Shown here in pieces: positions 15,189 to 25,418 of a stretch of DNA of 64,000 nt. Within the stretch, counting starts at the first letter, position 1; each line of letters starts with the position of its first letter. Below the pieces are notes generated by a model that saw only the letters and a list, made by a program, of their open reading frames with translations, had not been told where the DNA came from and ran no database searches. Both the position numbers and the translations under genes were made by a program. This DNA is from an uncultured Gammaproteobacteria bacterium (GTDB lineage Bacteria; Patescibacteriota; Microgenomatia; UBA10105; UBA927), in NCBI GenBank assembly GCA_964361785.1, contig CAYIBX010000003.1, forward strand, positions 4,769 to 68,768. The letters are read 5' to 3'.

Positions 15189-17444
15189 ATGGACAAAAAT
15201 TATCAGCCCAAAGACGTAGAAGAACCCATATACAACATGTGGGAATCGGGGGGATACTTCAAGCCCACGGGTGATCCGAAGGCCAAACCATTTAGCATCC
15301 TTCTCCCTCCCCCAAACGCAAATGCAGATTTACACGTAGGACACGCGATGTATGTGATTGAAGACATCATGATTCGCTATCACCGCATGCTAGGTGATGC
15401 GTCGTTGTGGTTAGCTGGAGCTGATCATGCAGGATTTGAGACGCAATTTGTGTATGAAAAGCATTTAGCTAAAAAAGGTATGAGTCGTTTTGATTTTGAT
15501 CGCGAAACGCTTTATAAAGATATATGGAGTTTTGTCCATGAAAATCGCGGCAAGATGGAAAACCAATTACGAAGACTTGGCTTTTCTCTTGATTGGTCAA
15601 GAAACATTTTTACCCTAGACCCAAAGATTGTAAAGACAGTCTACAACTCCTTTAAGCGTCTCTTTGATGAAGGGCTAGTATACAGAACCAACAGACTCGT
15701 CAATTACTGCACCAAAGACGGCACGGGATTTTCAGACTTAGAAGTATTGTACGTCGAACGAAACGATCCGATGTATTATTTAACATACGGTCCGTTTACA
15801 ATAGCTACTGCGCGACCGGAAACGAAATTTCGAGACACGGCATTGGCCGTAAACCCCAAAGATAAACGCTATAAAAAATATATTGGTCAAACTCTAGAAA
15901 TCATGGGGTTATTGGGCCCGATAAAAATGACGGTCATCCCCGATCCGGATGTAAATCCTACATTTGGCACGGGCATTATGAAAGTCACTCCAGCTCACGA
16001 TCCACATGACTTTGCGTTAGGACAAAAATTTAATCTTCCGATAACACCAATTATTGATTTTCGCGGAAAGATGGATTTTTCGTGGTTTTTATCGCAAAAA
16101 AATATTGATTCGAAATATAAATCACGAGCCGAAACGTATCATGGAAAAAAAGTTGCCATTGCACGACAACTTATGATTGAGGATTTAAAGACTGATGGGC
16201 TCATGGTAAAAATTGATGAACAATACACACACCGCGTCGGTACGTGCTGGAAGTGTGGAACAGTCATTGAACCATTGCCGCTTGAGCAGTGGTATATAAA
16301 AGTAAAACCATTAGCTGAGAAGGCTATAAAAACAATTAAAGAAAAAAAGGTGGCATTCGTTCCTAAACGATTTGAAAAAACTGCCGTCCTGTGGCTTACT
16401 AATTTTCATGACTGGAATATTAGTCGTCAAAATGTCTGGGGGATACGAATACCAGCGTGGCGGTGCCTTGATTGTGCAACAACAAATTTAACCAATCAAA
16501 CCAATCCGACCCGCTTCGCCGTAACTCCAGCGAGGCGAGCCAATAAGTCCAATCATACTGAGTGGACTGTAACAAAAGGAGAGACTCCAAAAACTTGTAC
16601 AACGTGTGGGGGGGCGAAATTAGAACAAGACACAGACACATTTGATACGTGGTTTTCGTCTGGACAGTGGCCATTTGCGACACTTAAAGCTACGAATAAT
16701 CCAGAAGACTATAAAAGGTTCTATCCCACATCTGTCATGGAGACAGGCTATGATATTTTGCCTTGGTGGGTATGCCGCATGCTTATGCTTGGCACATATT
16801 TAACTGATGATGTACCGTTTAAAACGGTATATCTTCACGGGTTAGTTCGCGACGCCAAAGGTCAAAAAATGAGCAAGTCCAAAGGAAATGTTATCAACCC
16901 TCTGCAAATGGTAGACCTCTACGGAGCAGATGCATTGCGAATGGCATTAGTATTTGGCACAGGAGCTGGTAATGATCAAGCACTTTCTGAAGATAAAATC
17001 AGAAGCATGAGAAACTTTGCCAACAAATTATGGAACATTGCAAGATTTATGATAATGAATATTAATGCGGTAAACGTTCCAATCCCTTTTTATGATGAAG
17101 CCGTGCATAAAAATCTTGACGACAAAAATGATAAACGCATCATTACAGAACTCAATATGCTCACCGCGAAAGTGGCCAAACAAATGGAGACCTATCGTTT
17201 CTCTGATGCTTCCAAATCAATCTACGAATTTGCATGGCACAGATTGGCGGATATTCATCTAGAAAAAAATAAAGAGAGATTTAAAAATGGAGACGTGCAA
17301 GCACTCGCAGTCTTACGGCACGTATTTTCAACTATCTTAAAACTCCTTCATCCATTTATGCCGTTTGTCACAGAACATCTTTGGAATGAATTGCCAAAGA
17401 AAACAAATGTGCCGCTGATTATTTCTCCGTGGCCGAAGATGTAG
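15189..17444 (+). CDS. valS: Valine--tRNA ligase (lacks C-terminal coiled coil)
   Basis: PPPNANADLHVGH, DWNISRQ, DTFDTWFSS, KMSKSKGN. Confidence 0.96.
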   Translation: MDKNYQPKDVEEPIYNMWESGGYFKPTGDPKAKPFSILLPPPNANADLHVGHAMYVIEDIMIRYHRMLGDASLWLAGADHAGFETQFVYEKHLAKKGMSRFDFDRETLYKDIWSFVHENRGKMENQLRRLGFSLDWSRNIFTLDPKIVKTVYNSFKRLFDEGLVYRTNRLVNYCTKDGTGFSDLEVLYVERNDPMYYLTYGPFTIATARPETKFRDTALAVNPKDKRYKKYIGQTLEIMGLLGPIKMTVIPDPDVNPTFGTGIMKVTPAHDPHDFALGQKFNLPITPIIDFRGKMDFSWFLSQKNIDSKYKSRAETYHGKKVAIARQLMIEDLKTDGLMVKIDEQYTHRVGTCWKCGTVIEPLPLEQWYIKVKPLAEKAIKTIKEKKVAFVPKRFEKTAVLWLTNFHDWNISRQNVWGIRIPAWRCLDCATTNLTNQTNPTRFAVTPARRANKSNHTEWTVTKGETPKTCTTCGGAKLEQDTDTFDTWFSSGQWPFATLKATNNPEDYKRFYPTSVMETGYDILPWWVCRMLMLGTYLTDDVPFKTVYLHGLVRDAKGQKMSKSKGNVINPLQMVDLYGADALRMALVFGTGAGNDQALSEDKIRSMRNFANKLWNIARFMIMNINAVNVPIPFYDEAVHKNLDDKNDKRIITELNMLTAKVAKQMETYRFSDASKSIYEFAWHRLADIHLEKNKERFKNGDVQALAVLRHVFSTILKLLHPFMPFVTEHLWNELPKKTNVPLIISPWPKM

Positions 17445-18288
17445 CTGGAATTTTTACTGATTCGATAATTTGATCAAAAATCACATCATCTGCCGCAAAA
17501 TCAGTAAGTATCCCCACTGGTGAAAAATGATTAAATTCTACAGACTCTGTATCAGATACTGAAACCAAAACTCCTCGCATTTTTGTGAATTGATATCCGC
17601 CACCGGTTCTTCCAATAAAATCTCCGACATATTCATAGACATCTTTTCCACCAACGCGCACTTGACGCATGGTAAATTCCTTGCCATTTACGTCAGTAAG
17701 AATTGCTCCACGAAAATCAGGTAAGCGTTCACCCCTGCCTCTGGCTGCTACGGTAAATCGTGTGCCGCCTGAAAAATTGGTGCCAGACGAGGGACATCCG
17801 CTTCCATCACAAGTTGGTAATAAAACCACTTGCGGTAATTGATATGTCACGGATTTAAGTATCGAACCGAGCGCTGATACAGAAACTGTTTGCCACTGGG
17901 ATAAAGAACCTGATCCTGTTGCATTCAATGCGCGTTCATCAGGTGTCGGTGTCGCAAAAAGATTTGGCGATGATACATCTGTACTATTTTCCGAGCTTGT
18001 TTCCGGAGAAACAAAAAATCGAAGTTGTGAACTTAACCAAATACCAAGTCCAAAAAGCAGTGTAATAAAAATACAAGTGCCAAGCCTTTTTCGACGGGGT
18101 TTTTTCACTGGCACATGGGGAACATCAAGCAAATGTTGCGCCACTTCTTGAGGAGTTGATTGAGAAACAGCGGCAGTCTTTGTGTCAGGAACTTGTGACG
18201 GTGTAAGCTCAGGTGCTTCTTCAAAGGTAAGACCTGCTTCTTGCGCTTTTTGTGCTGGTGTTTTTTCTTCGTTTATGGTGTCAACCAT
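17419..18288 (-). CDS. Hypothetical single-pass membrane protein
   Basis: Low-complexity N-terminus, KKPRRKR + TM, extracellular domain. Confidence 0.7.
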   Translation of the reverse strand: MVDTINEEKTPAQKAQEAGLTFEEAPELTPSQVPDTKTAAVSQSTPQEVAQHLLDVPHVPVKKPRRKRLGTCIFITLLFGLGIWLSSQLRFFVSPETSSENSTDVSSPNLFATPTPDERALNATGSGSLSQWQTVSVSALGSILKSVTYQLPQVVLLPTCDGSGCPSSGTNFSGGTRFTVAARGRGERLPDFRGAILTDVNGKEFTMRQVRVGGKDVYEYVGDFIGRTGGGYQFTKMRGVLVSVSDTESVEFNHFSPVGILTDFAADDVIFDQIIESVKIPATSSATEK

Positions 18289-18305
18289 GACAATTTTATT
18301 GTACA

Positions 18306-18869
18306 CTATCCGCGTTCAAGATACGTTCCAGTTTCAGGATCTATCCCAATCGTATCGCCTTCTTTGATAAAAAGAGGAACGGTCACAATAGCGCCAGTTT
18401 CTGTCGTTACCATCTTCGTGGCTCCTGACGATGAATTTCCCTTAACCCCCTCAGAACTCTCTAATACCTTTAGCCAAATCTTTTTGGGAAAACGCACACC
18501 TACCGCCTCATCACCCAACACCAACACTTGATACGTATCGTTGGATCGCAAATATTTTACAAAGTCAGAAAGCAATGATTTTTTAATGTTGTATTGTTCA
18601 AAAGAAAAATTATCCATGAAAACAAATGCGTCGCTTTCTTTGTACAAAAACTGCATCTCTCTTGTCACGACATCAAGCTCTGTAGCCGACTCCCCAGACT
18701 TAAAGGTAAATTCTATTACCTTTCCACTTGTGAGCGACTTTAGTTTTGTTCGTACAAAAGCAGAGCCCTTCCCAGGATTTACAAAAGTCATATCGGTCAT
18801 CAGGTTTGGTTCCCCCCGAAACTCAATAAATATGCCTTTTTTGAATTGTGTGGTGGTTATTTTTCCCAT
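18306..18869 (-). CDS. efp: Elongation factor P
   Basis: NPGKGSAFVRTKL, VPLFIKEGD, TGTYLER. Confidence 0.96.
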   Translation of the reverse strand: MGKITTTQFKKGIFIEFRGEPNLMTDMTFVNPGKGSAFVRTKLKSLTSGKVIEFTFKSGESATELDVVTREMQFLYKESDAFVFMDNFSFEQYNIKKSLLSDFVKYLRSNDTYQVLVLGDEAVGVRFPKKIWLKVLESSEGVKGNSSSGATKMVTTETGAIVTVPLFIKEGDTIGIDPETGTYLERG

Positions 18870-18909
18870 ACAGAGTGTTATTATCCCATGAGTAATGTCT
18901 TTGAGACAA

Positions 18910-19368
18910 CTACACTAAAAGTTTAAATACCTTGCGAGCATGTGTGCCACCACGCTTTTCATAAAATTTGTGGGCACGGGTAAGCGGCAAACTCGACGTT
19001 AATTCGATTGTATGGATATTGTGATCTTTGGCAAACTGTTTAATAAACTCCAGAAGTTTCGTACCAATTCCTTTCCCCCTCAGTGTTTTTTCAACAATAA
19101 AATCGTCAAGATGGGCAAATGGCTTTCCCGTAATAAAATCATGCAGGATGAAAAACGTTGCCGCTGCTATAATCCTGTCATTATCTTCCACGATAAATAC
19201 TTTTCTATCCTCCCGCTTGATTGCCTCCAAATAATTCACACGCCCTTTTTCATGAGCTCTCACATTATCAGGATCAAAGCACACAAGCTCATTTACTATC
19301 TCACCGAGTTGATTTAAAAGGTGAAGCACTTGGTCACAATCAGTTTCTGTAGCAAGTCGTATAGTCAT
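18910..19368 (-). CDS. GNAT-family acetyltransferase
   Basis: IRLAT..D, LDDFIVEKTLRGKGIG, AHKFYEK. Confidence 0.9.
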   Translation of the reverse strand: MTIRLATETDCDQVLHLLNQLGEIVNELVCFDPDNVRAHEKGRVNYLEAIKREDRKVFIVEDNDRIIAAATFFILHDFITGKPFAHLDDFIVEKTLRGKGIGTKLLEFIKQFAKDHNIHTIELTSSLPLTRAHKFYEKRGGTHARKVFKLLV

Positions 19369-19373
19369 AAAAT

Positions 19374-20435
19374 TTATGAAAGTAATTCCTCAATAGGAAA
19401 AAATAACGTGTCTTGAATTTTCTCTGTATCAGCAAAGAGCATGATCAGTCTATCAACGCCGACAGCAATTCCGCTGCACTGCGGCATTCCAACTTTAAGC
19501 GCGTCTATAAAATTGTGGTCATATTCATACGTAGTACGGTGTGCGCGTTTAATCGCTCGCAGCTCTTCTTTAAATCGCGAATCTTGTTCTTTCCAATTAG
19601 TAAGCTCTCCATAACAATCGCCAAGCTCCAAACCTTCAATGTAAAATTCAAATCGCTCAGCAAATCGTGGATCAGAATCTTTTTTACGCGCAAGAGCTCC
19701 CATGACAGAGGGAAATTCATACAGGATTGTCGGTTTTCCTCGCCCAAGATTGTGTTCGATTTCATTTAAAAAAATTTGGTTAAATAACGCTTCCCATGTC
19801 GTATGTATTTCTACTGCATACCCTTTCTTACGTGCAATAATTCTGGCTTTTTGTTCATCTAAGAATTCATTAAAATCTATATGTGCCCATTTATTGAATG
19901 CTTCTGTCACCGTTAATCTCTCCCATGATTTTGAAAGATCAACATGAGCATGTTGATACAGCAATTCTTTCGTAGTCCTTCCATTAGAAATCTCAAGAGA
20001 ACGCAATAGGTATGTATTAATAAAAAGAAGTAGGTCTTCACAGTCTTTCATGATCTCTGTATACCCTACCCCCACACGATACCACTCCAAAATCGTAAAC
20101 TCTGGGTTATGGGTGATACTTTGTGTCTCCATGTTTCGAAAGCTTTTCGTCACACTAAAGCAGTTGCCGATGCCGGCCACCAATAATTTTTTGAGCGGCA
20201 CCTCAGGAGACGTTGAAAGATATGCGCGTGTTTTATTTCTATTTCTATCCAATAAGCTTGTTTCAAAAACTTCCAAATAACTTTCAGCAGGTGGGTGGCC
20301 AATGAGGATCGGTGTTTCTACTTCATGAAACCCTTGTCCCTCAAAAAACAATCGTATCGCTCGAAGCACGCGCTCTCGCACAAAATACTGTTGCCACAGC
20401 AAGGGGTTTTCTTTTAATTTTTGCCACGTTTTCAT
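19374..20435 (-). CDS. epmA: EF-P lysine aminoacylase EpmA (LysRS paralogue)
   Basis: FHEVETP, YLSTSPE..LKKLL, FRN..HNPEFTILEWY, ERFEFYI, GIAVGVDRL; no anticodon-binding domain; near efp. Confidence 0.9.
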   Translation of the reverse strand: MKTWQKLKENPLLWQQYFVRERVLRAIRLFFEGQGFHEVETPILIGHPPAESYLEVFETSLLDRNRNKTRAYLSTSPEVPLKKLLVAGIGNCFSVTKSFRNMETQSITHNPEFTILEWYRVGVGYTEIMKDCEDLLLFINTYLLRSLEISNGRTTKELLYQHAHVDLSKSWERLTVTEAFNKWAHIDFNEFLDEQKARIIARKKGYAVEIHTTWEALFNQIFLNEIEHNLGRGKPTILYEFPSVMGALARKKDSDPRFAERFEFYIEGLELGDCYGELTNWKEQDSRFKEELRAIKRAHRTTYEYDHNFIDALKVGMPQCSGIAVGVDRLIMLFADTEKIQDTLFFPIEELLS

Positions 20436-20444
20436 TTCGTAGGG

Positions 20445-21098
20445 TTATAAGAAGCGAAGTACTTTTGCTTTTTGACGAAGCTCTGCAAACCATCCCTGCA
20501 ATTTTTCTGCAACTCCGCTAGTTATAATTGCTTGCTTTGCTTCTGTGCGAAGAGCTCCCTGATCCGTTGCCACGAGTGTCGCGCTATTTGTAGAAATATA
20601 GGCGTCGATATCTTTTTCAGAAACAACCATGTCTTTTGACAAAAGTTTTTCAACAGTCAATTGGAGCAAAACTTGCTTTTCAAAATCGCTTTTTGAAAGT
20701 CCCTGAAATTTTAACAGCTCATCAAGAGACACATCTGCTCCTAAACTTGCGACGATTTCTTTTTCTTTTGCTTCAAGGTCTTCTTTTGATATTATGATCC
20801 CTGCCTTTTTTGCCTCATCTTTGATAAGCATTTCGCCAATCATTCCCTCTAATGTTTGTTGACCAAACCTTGCACGCAATACACTGTGAAGCTGCCATGT
20901 AAAAATTGGTTTACCATTAACCAAAGAGGCTACCACCATGCCCTTATTCATACCAAGCAATACCAAAAGTAAAACAGCAAGAGCTACAGAAACTATTTGC
21001 ACACGTCTTTTATTGGAAACTGGTTGCGTTCTGTAATTAGATACTATCTCGAGAGAATCAACCTTCGTTGTTTGTGGAATGACTTTTTTCTTTTTCAT
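20445..21098 (-). CDS. SurA N-terminal-domain/PrsA-like chaperone
   Basis: TM, VASLVNGKPI, LEGMIGEMLIKDEAKK.GI, LRQKAKV. Confidence 0.75.
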   Translation of the reverse strand: MKKKKVIPQTTKVDSLEIVSNYRTQPVSNKRRVQIVSVALAVLLLVLLGMNKGMVVASLVNGKPIFTWQLHSVLRARFGQQTLEGMIGEMLIKDEAKKAGIIISKEDLEAKEKEIVASLGADVSLDELLKFQGLSKSDFEKQVLLQLTVEKLLSKDMVVSEKDIDAYISTNSATLVATDQGALRTEAKQAIITSGVAEKLQGWFAELRQKAKVLRFL

Positions 21099-21216
21099 AT
21101 AGAGTTAAGGATATCACATCGCAACAATAAAGAACAAGTTGTATTTTACTCTTCACTTTTTCTCTCCAATCTTCTATAGTCATACTATTATTTATTCTAC
21201 TCGTTGGCTCCTTCAT

Positions 21217-21678
21217 ATGGCTATGAAAAAAATTTTTACACACAGTGCTTCTTGGCGCACAAACAGTATTCACGTGGCCGCAATTGTTGGATCAATCACC
21301 GTAATTGCGATCATAAGTTTTTTTTCCTTCATCTATATACAATGTACTTTTCCAATTATGAAGCTCTCTTGGGCTACTGAGGTGTCAAAAAATACGTGCT
21401 CACTCTATGCTAACAATTTTATAGAAAATAATGTTCTTGGTGCTCAAAATCAAAACACTTCAGGTGACATATCTACTCTTGAAAAATCACGGGACTATTG
21501 GCTACAAACCATAACTACTCATCCAGACTATGAAGATGCGTATGTGCAGCTTATTATTCTTTCGTATCAATTAAAAAACAACGAGGGCGTACGTCGCTAC
21601 ATTAATGCTCTCACAATACAAAACCCAATTCATAGTCAGCTGAATTTACTTATAAAACTTCTCGACAATGATAAGTGA
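21217..21678 (+). CDS. Hypothetical membrane protein with TPR-like C-terminus
   Basis: TM followed by YW..TITTHPDYEDAYVQL helical motif. Confidence 0.55.
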   Translation: MAMKKIFTHSASWRTNSIHVAAIVGSITVIAIISFFSFIYIQCTFPIMKLSWATEVSKNTCSLYANNFIENNVLGAQNQNTSGDISTLEKSRDYWLQTITTHPDYEDAYVQLIILSYQLKNNEGVRRYINALTIQNPIHSQLNLLIKLLDNDK

Positions 21679-21688
21679 AGCGCTCGAA

Positions 21689-22396
21689 TCATTTTTTCTC
21701 TTCTGAGGGAGTCGTCGTAGGTGCTTTTTCTTTTTCACCATCCTTTGCTTCACCTGTGCCCTCAGTTGGGGTAACTCCCTCAGAAGCCGCGGCTGCTGCA
21801 GCTGCTTTTTCTGCCTCAAGCGCTTCTTCTTGAGCTTCTTTGCTGACGATTGCGGTAGCCTTTACTATACCCACCGATATGTCTGTGAGTATGCTAACTC
21901 CCACAGGGATAACAAGGTCTGAGACTAGCACCTCTTGATTTAAGTCAGTGAGCACTGAAACATCTACTTCAATTTTCTCAGGGAGCTCTGCCGGCAACGC
22001 CTCAACTTCCACCTCAGACAATAGTGTTAATAATACGGCCGTCTTAGAAACGACAGTGGGTGCCTCACCAACAAAAATGAGCGGCACGTTTGTTTTTACT
22101 TTCTGTTTAAGATCTACTTGATAAAATTCTACATGAAGTATGTCTGCTGACACAGGGTCCCTCTGAATATTGTGAATAAGCACTGGTTTTACTGTCGAAT
22201 CGACCGTCAACTCTATAACCCCTGTTTCTCCTGCGTGGGCAAAGATTGCTTTAAATGCTAGAGCGTCGACCTCTAAAGAAAGACTTTCAAGTCCCTTTCC
22301 ATAAACGTTTGCTGGGAGCGTTCCTTTCAGTCGTAAATTTTTGACTTTCCGGCCGGTATCCGCTCGTATCTTTCCAATAAGAGTATATTTTTTCAT
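21689..22396 (-). CDS. rplY: 50S ribosomal protein L25 (Ctc form)
   Basis: LPANVYG, IQRDPV...LHVEF, LPEKIEVDV. Confidence 0.95.
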   Translation of the reverse strand: MKKYTLIGKIRADTGRKVKNLRLKGTLPANVYGKGLESLSLEVDALAFKAIFAHAGETGVIELTVDSTVKPVLIHNIQRDPVSADILHVEFYQVDLKQKVKTNVPLIFVGEAPTVVSKTAVLLTLLSEVEVEALPAELPEKIEVDVSVLTDLNQEVLVSDLVIPVGVSILTDISVGIVKATAIVSKEAQEEALEAEKAAAAAAASEGVTPTEGTGEAKDGEKEKAPTTTPSEEKK

Positions 22397-24861
22397 AGCG
22401 GCTTCTCAAACTCTATAGACATCTTTGCGTTTTTCCCAAGAGTTGTATTGTACTCAAGCCACCCTTGTTTTGCAAGGGCGCCATCTGATACAGCACGCCA
22501 GATAGCTGGGTACTGGATTGATATTTTCCAAGGAATTTTCTCTATCCCCGCTTGCTTTCCTATGACTATTGATAACGATGCACCTCGCGTAAACGACAAT
22601 GCCGAAAGTCGTGTCGTTTTCACAGAAAGTCGTTTTGACCGCAATGGATCGACAACGAGGTATACGCCAACAACCATGTTGTCACCCTCATTCCCCACCT
22701 CATAATAAGGGGCTTGTTGTACGCCCTTCGTATTATCCTTTTTTAGTGTAATCGGCGATCCATCAACTTCTATTGACTCTACGTTGGTATACTGAGGATA
22801 ATATGCTCGGATATACGAATGGTATTCCCCTCCCCCCTCAAGAATTTGTGCCGTTGATTTATTTATGATGTCGTACGTAAGCGCGTGGGTAATAGTCCCC
22901 GTGTCAGAAATCGTTATCGTGGATTCTGCCTCCCGTGATATAAAATAATTTACCTTATTCACCCCAAGGTTTGCCTCAATTACTTCCACATGCTCTGTTG
23001 TGCATGGGGCGTCTTTTGCATGCTGTACGCACGCCGCGCTCCCTATCCCTCCTGACCAGCCCCACTGTTGCAGTATTGAGGATAACTCTGTGTTTTGCAT
23101 GTAAAACTGTATGTCTTTGGCGTCAAGCGCGTCGCTTATGGCAGAAAATAACGCACCCACTGACAACGAAGAATTCGTCGTAATATGAGAAAGTAACGCA
23201 TTGGAAAGACTTCCCAAAAAATCTTTTTTTTGCGTAGATCCAGGGAAAAAATCGGTCTGTGTGTACAAAAGAGACTTTGCAAAAAAATTAGTTGAGGATA
23301 TTCGATCGTTATAATCTATCAAATCCAAAGGTCCGGTCATTTCCAATAATTTAGTAATAAATGGCACGCTTATGCCGATGACTCCATCTACCAAAACTCC
23401 CATCTCTTTTTCGTAAAAACGCGCAGCTTGTGCTCCCGAATGCGTAAAATTTGGATCCCAATTACTATCTCGCAAATACCAATGCTCTTGCCCTAATATT
23501 TCTCTTATTGGTATTGGTGGATCAATATGACCTTTAAGTTGTCCATCAGCAGTGTATACATCTTGTACGTCTATATCAATAATTTTTCCATCCAGAAATG
23601 TCACCAACGCTATACTACCAATGAATCCTCCTGTTGGTCGCAGCTCCATACTGTTTTGCAATAACACCATGTATGTTTGCTTCTTACGATACCCAGCTAA
23701 TTGGGGATACAGGGTAAATAATCTATCAAAATACGAAAGCTTATTGCGAATATTCTCTACCTTGTGTAATTGCGTTAAAGCAAAAGATTGAATCACTGGA
23801 ATCGTAAAAGGCAGTCGCTGACTCTCCATGAGGGTTTGAAGCTGCGTTTGTACAAGCGCCAAATGTTGATCAAGCTGGACCACCTCGGATCGCAACGCAA
23901 TGATGTCTGAGAGTCCTGTACCTGATTGACTATCGTCCTTTATACTAAACAGTCCTGTCACGACAGATTTTCCTGAAACGATAATTGAAAAGGCACTTTT
24001 TTCAGCGATTAACAGATTTGTCAATGTCAACACTACTCGTTCTTGATCGTTTATCACATGTTCGCCTACAAAAATCTTTCCTATTGGTGCCGCAATCCGA
24101 ACAAACATATCTGCAGTCTGAATTCCCCGATCAGCAAGAACGAGGGCTCGACGAGCAAATCGTAAGTTTGCTGACGTTATAAATTTACCCCCTGCATACA
24201 ATCCTGCGCCCGCCATGATAAGAGACATTAAGTATGACAAAACAAAAACTCCAATCCCCAACGCGACAACCGCTCCTACGATGAGAAATTTGTAAGCCGC
24301 GTGTTTCGTTTTATCTATTTGATGCAAAGAAGTTGGTTGAAATATTTGTTGCATTATTTCAGTTACGCGCATCTCATCGTTATTGTTTTTTTCGACAGAA
24401 GGAATCGGCTCACGTCTCGCTAGTGACGACATTACACTTTGAGATTGACATAAAGTCTGCTTTGTTCGGATTATCAACGATCTTGATGTTCCAGTAAATA
24501 ATAATAAAAGAAACGTATGTAACATCTCATCATCTATGGGTTTTGCGTTTGTAAGTACTATGTTAAATTTTCGACCAAGATACCCGCTTACTTCGTTCTC
24601 GCCGCCCTCATAGAGTATCAGGAGTGTTTTCTCTGCGTTTTGTGTATAACGCGCAATGATTTCTTTCACATACTCGTTATCACCCGCTACTATATGGTAT
24701 GTAATCCGTTCTTCAGTTTGACCATTCACAATCGTTAAGCACCCGTGCTTTGTAAGATATTCCCGCAACGGTTCTACGAATGCGACGTCTTGCGTGTGTA
24801 TCAGTGCGACGGGCATATGCATATTGCCGTTGTCAGATGGGTGGGCGGCTTTAAGTATCAT
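22393..24861 (-). CDS. DUF4012-domain membrane protein
   Basis: YMVLLQNSMELRPTGGFIGS, RDSNWDPNF, VDGVI, EANLGVNKVN. Confidence 0.85.
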   Translation of the reverse strand: MILKAAHPSDNGNMHMPVALIHTQDVAFVEPLREYLTKHGCLTIVNGQTEERITYHIVAGDNEYVKEIIARYTQNAEKTLLILYEGGENEVSGYLGRKFNIVLTNAKPIDDEMLHTFLLLLFTGTSRSLIIRTKQTLCQSQSVMSSLARREPIPSVEKNNNDEMRVTEIMQQIFQPTSLHQIDKTKHAAYKFLIVGAVVALGIGVFVLSYLMSLIMAGAGLYAGGKFITSANLRFARRALVLADRGIQTADMFVRIAAPIGKIFVGEHVINDQERVVLTLTNLLIAEKSAFSIIVSGKSVVTGLFSIKDDSQSGTGLSDIIALRSEVVQLDQHLALVQTQLQTLMESQRLPFTIPVIQSFALTQLHKVENIRNKLSYFDRLFTLYPQLAGYRKKQTYMVLLQNSMELRPTGGFIGSIALVTFLDGKIIDIDVQDVYTADGQLKGHIDPPIPIREILGQEHWYLRDSNWDPNFTHSGAQAARFYEKEMGVLVDGVIGISVPFITKLLEMTGPLDLIDYNDRISSTNFFAKSLLYTQTDFFPGSTQKKDFLGSLSNALLSHITTNSSLSVGALFSAISDALDAKDIQFYMQNTELSSILQQWGWSGGIGSAACVQHAKDAPCTTEHVEVIEANLGVNKVNYFISREAESTITISDTGTITHALTYDIINKSTAQILEGGGEYHSYIRAYYPQYTNVESIEVDGSPITLKKDNTKGVQQAPYYEVGNEGDNMVVGVYLVVDPLRSKRLSVKTTRLSALSFTRGASLSIVIGKQAGIEKIPWKISIQYPAIWRAVSDGALAKQGWLEYNTTLGKNAKMSIEFEKPL

Positions 24862-24974
24862 AGTAAAGAAGCACGTCTATAATTATTATGCCTGAGCTTA
24901 TGCCCGAAAACAACATGAATCATCATGCTGATCCTTGCGATTGACGATAATGTGACATGAGCATGACAAGCGCA

Positions 24975-25418
24975 CTATCTTGATGTTCTCTCATCCAAGG
25001 CGGCGTTTACTTGACGATCCGCTACTGTATTAAACTCCCTGCGAACCGCAATATAGCGTACTACCCCACCAAGCTCTTTTTCAAGCGCGCGAATGGAAAG
25101 AGCGTGCTTCATAAGCGTTGAATCTTTTATTTTAAACTTACCGTTTAACTGAGAAACCACAAGAAGTGAGTCAAGATAAAACTCATATGTGTTTGCGTCG
25201 CTATCAGATGATGATTGCATAGAAATCAATTGTTTGAGCGCGATAGAAACAGCGCTATATTCCGCAACATTATTGGTGGCAATTCCTATATACTTTCCGT
25301 AACCGTTAATTCTTTTCAATTTGCCATCTGGTTCTATTTGATCAATGATAACTCCCACCGCGGCATGTCCCGGATTACCTCTTGACCCTCCATCTGTATG
25401 AAGTATGTAGTGTTTCAT
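24975..25418 (-). CDS. rnhA: Ribonuclease HI
   Basis: TDGGSRGNPG, TNNVAEY, DSLLVVSQ, N..AD. Confidence 0.92.
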   Translation of the reverse strand: MKHYILHTDGGSRGNPGHAAVGVIIDQIEPDGKLKRINGYGKYIGIATNNVAEYSAVSIALKQLISMQSSSDSDANTYEFYLDSLLVVSQLNGKFKIKDSTLMKHALSIRALEKELGGVVRYIAVRREFNTVADRQVNAALDERTSR

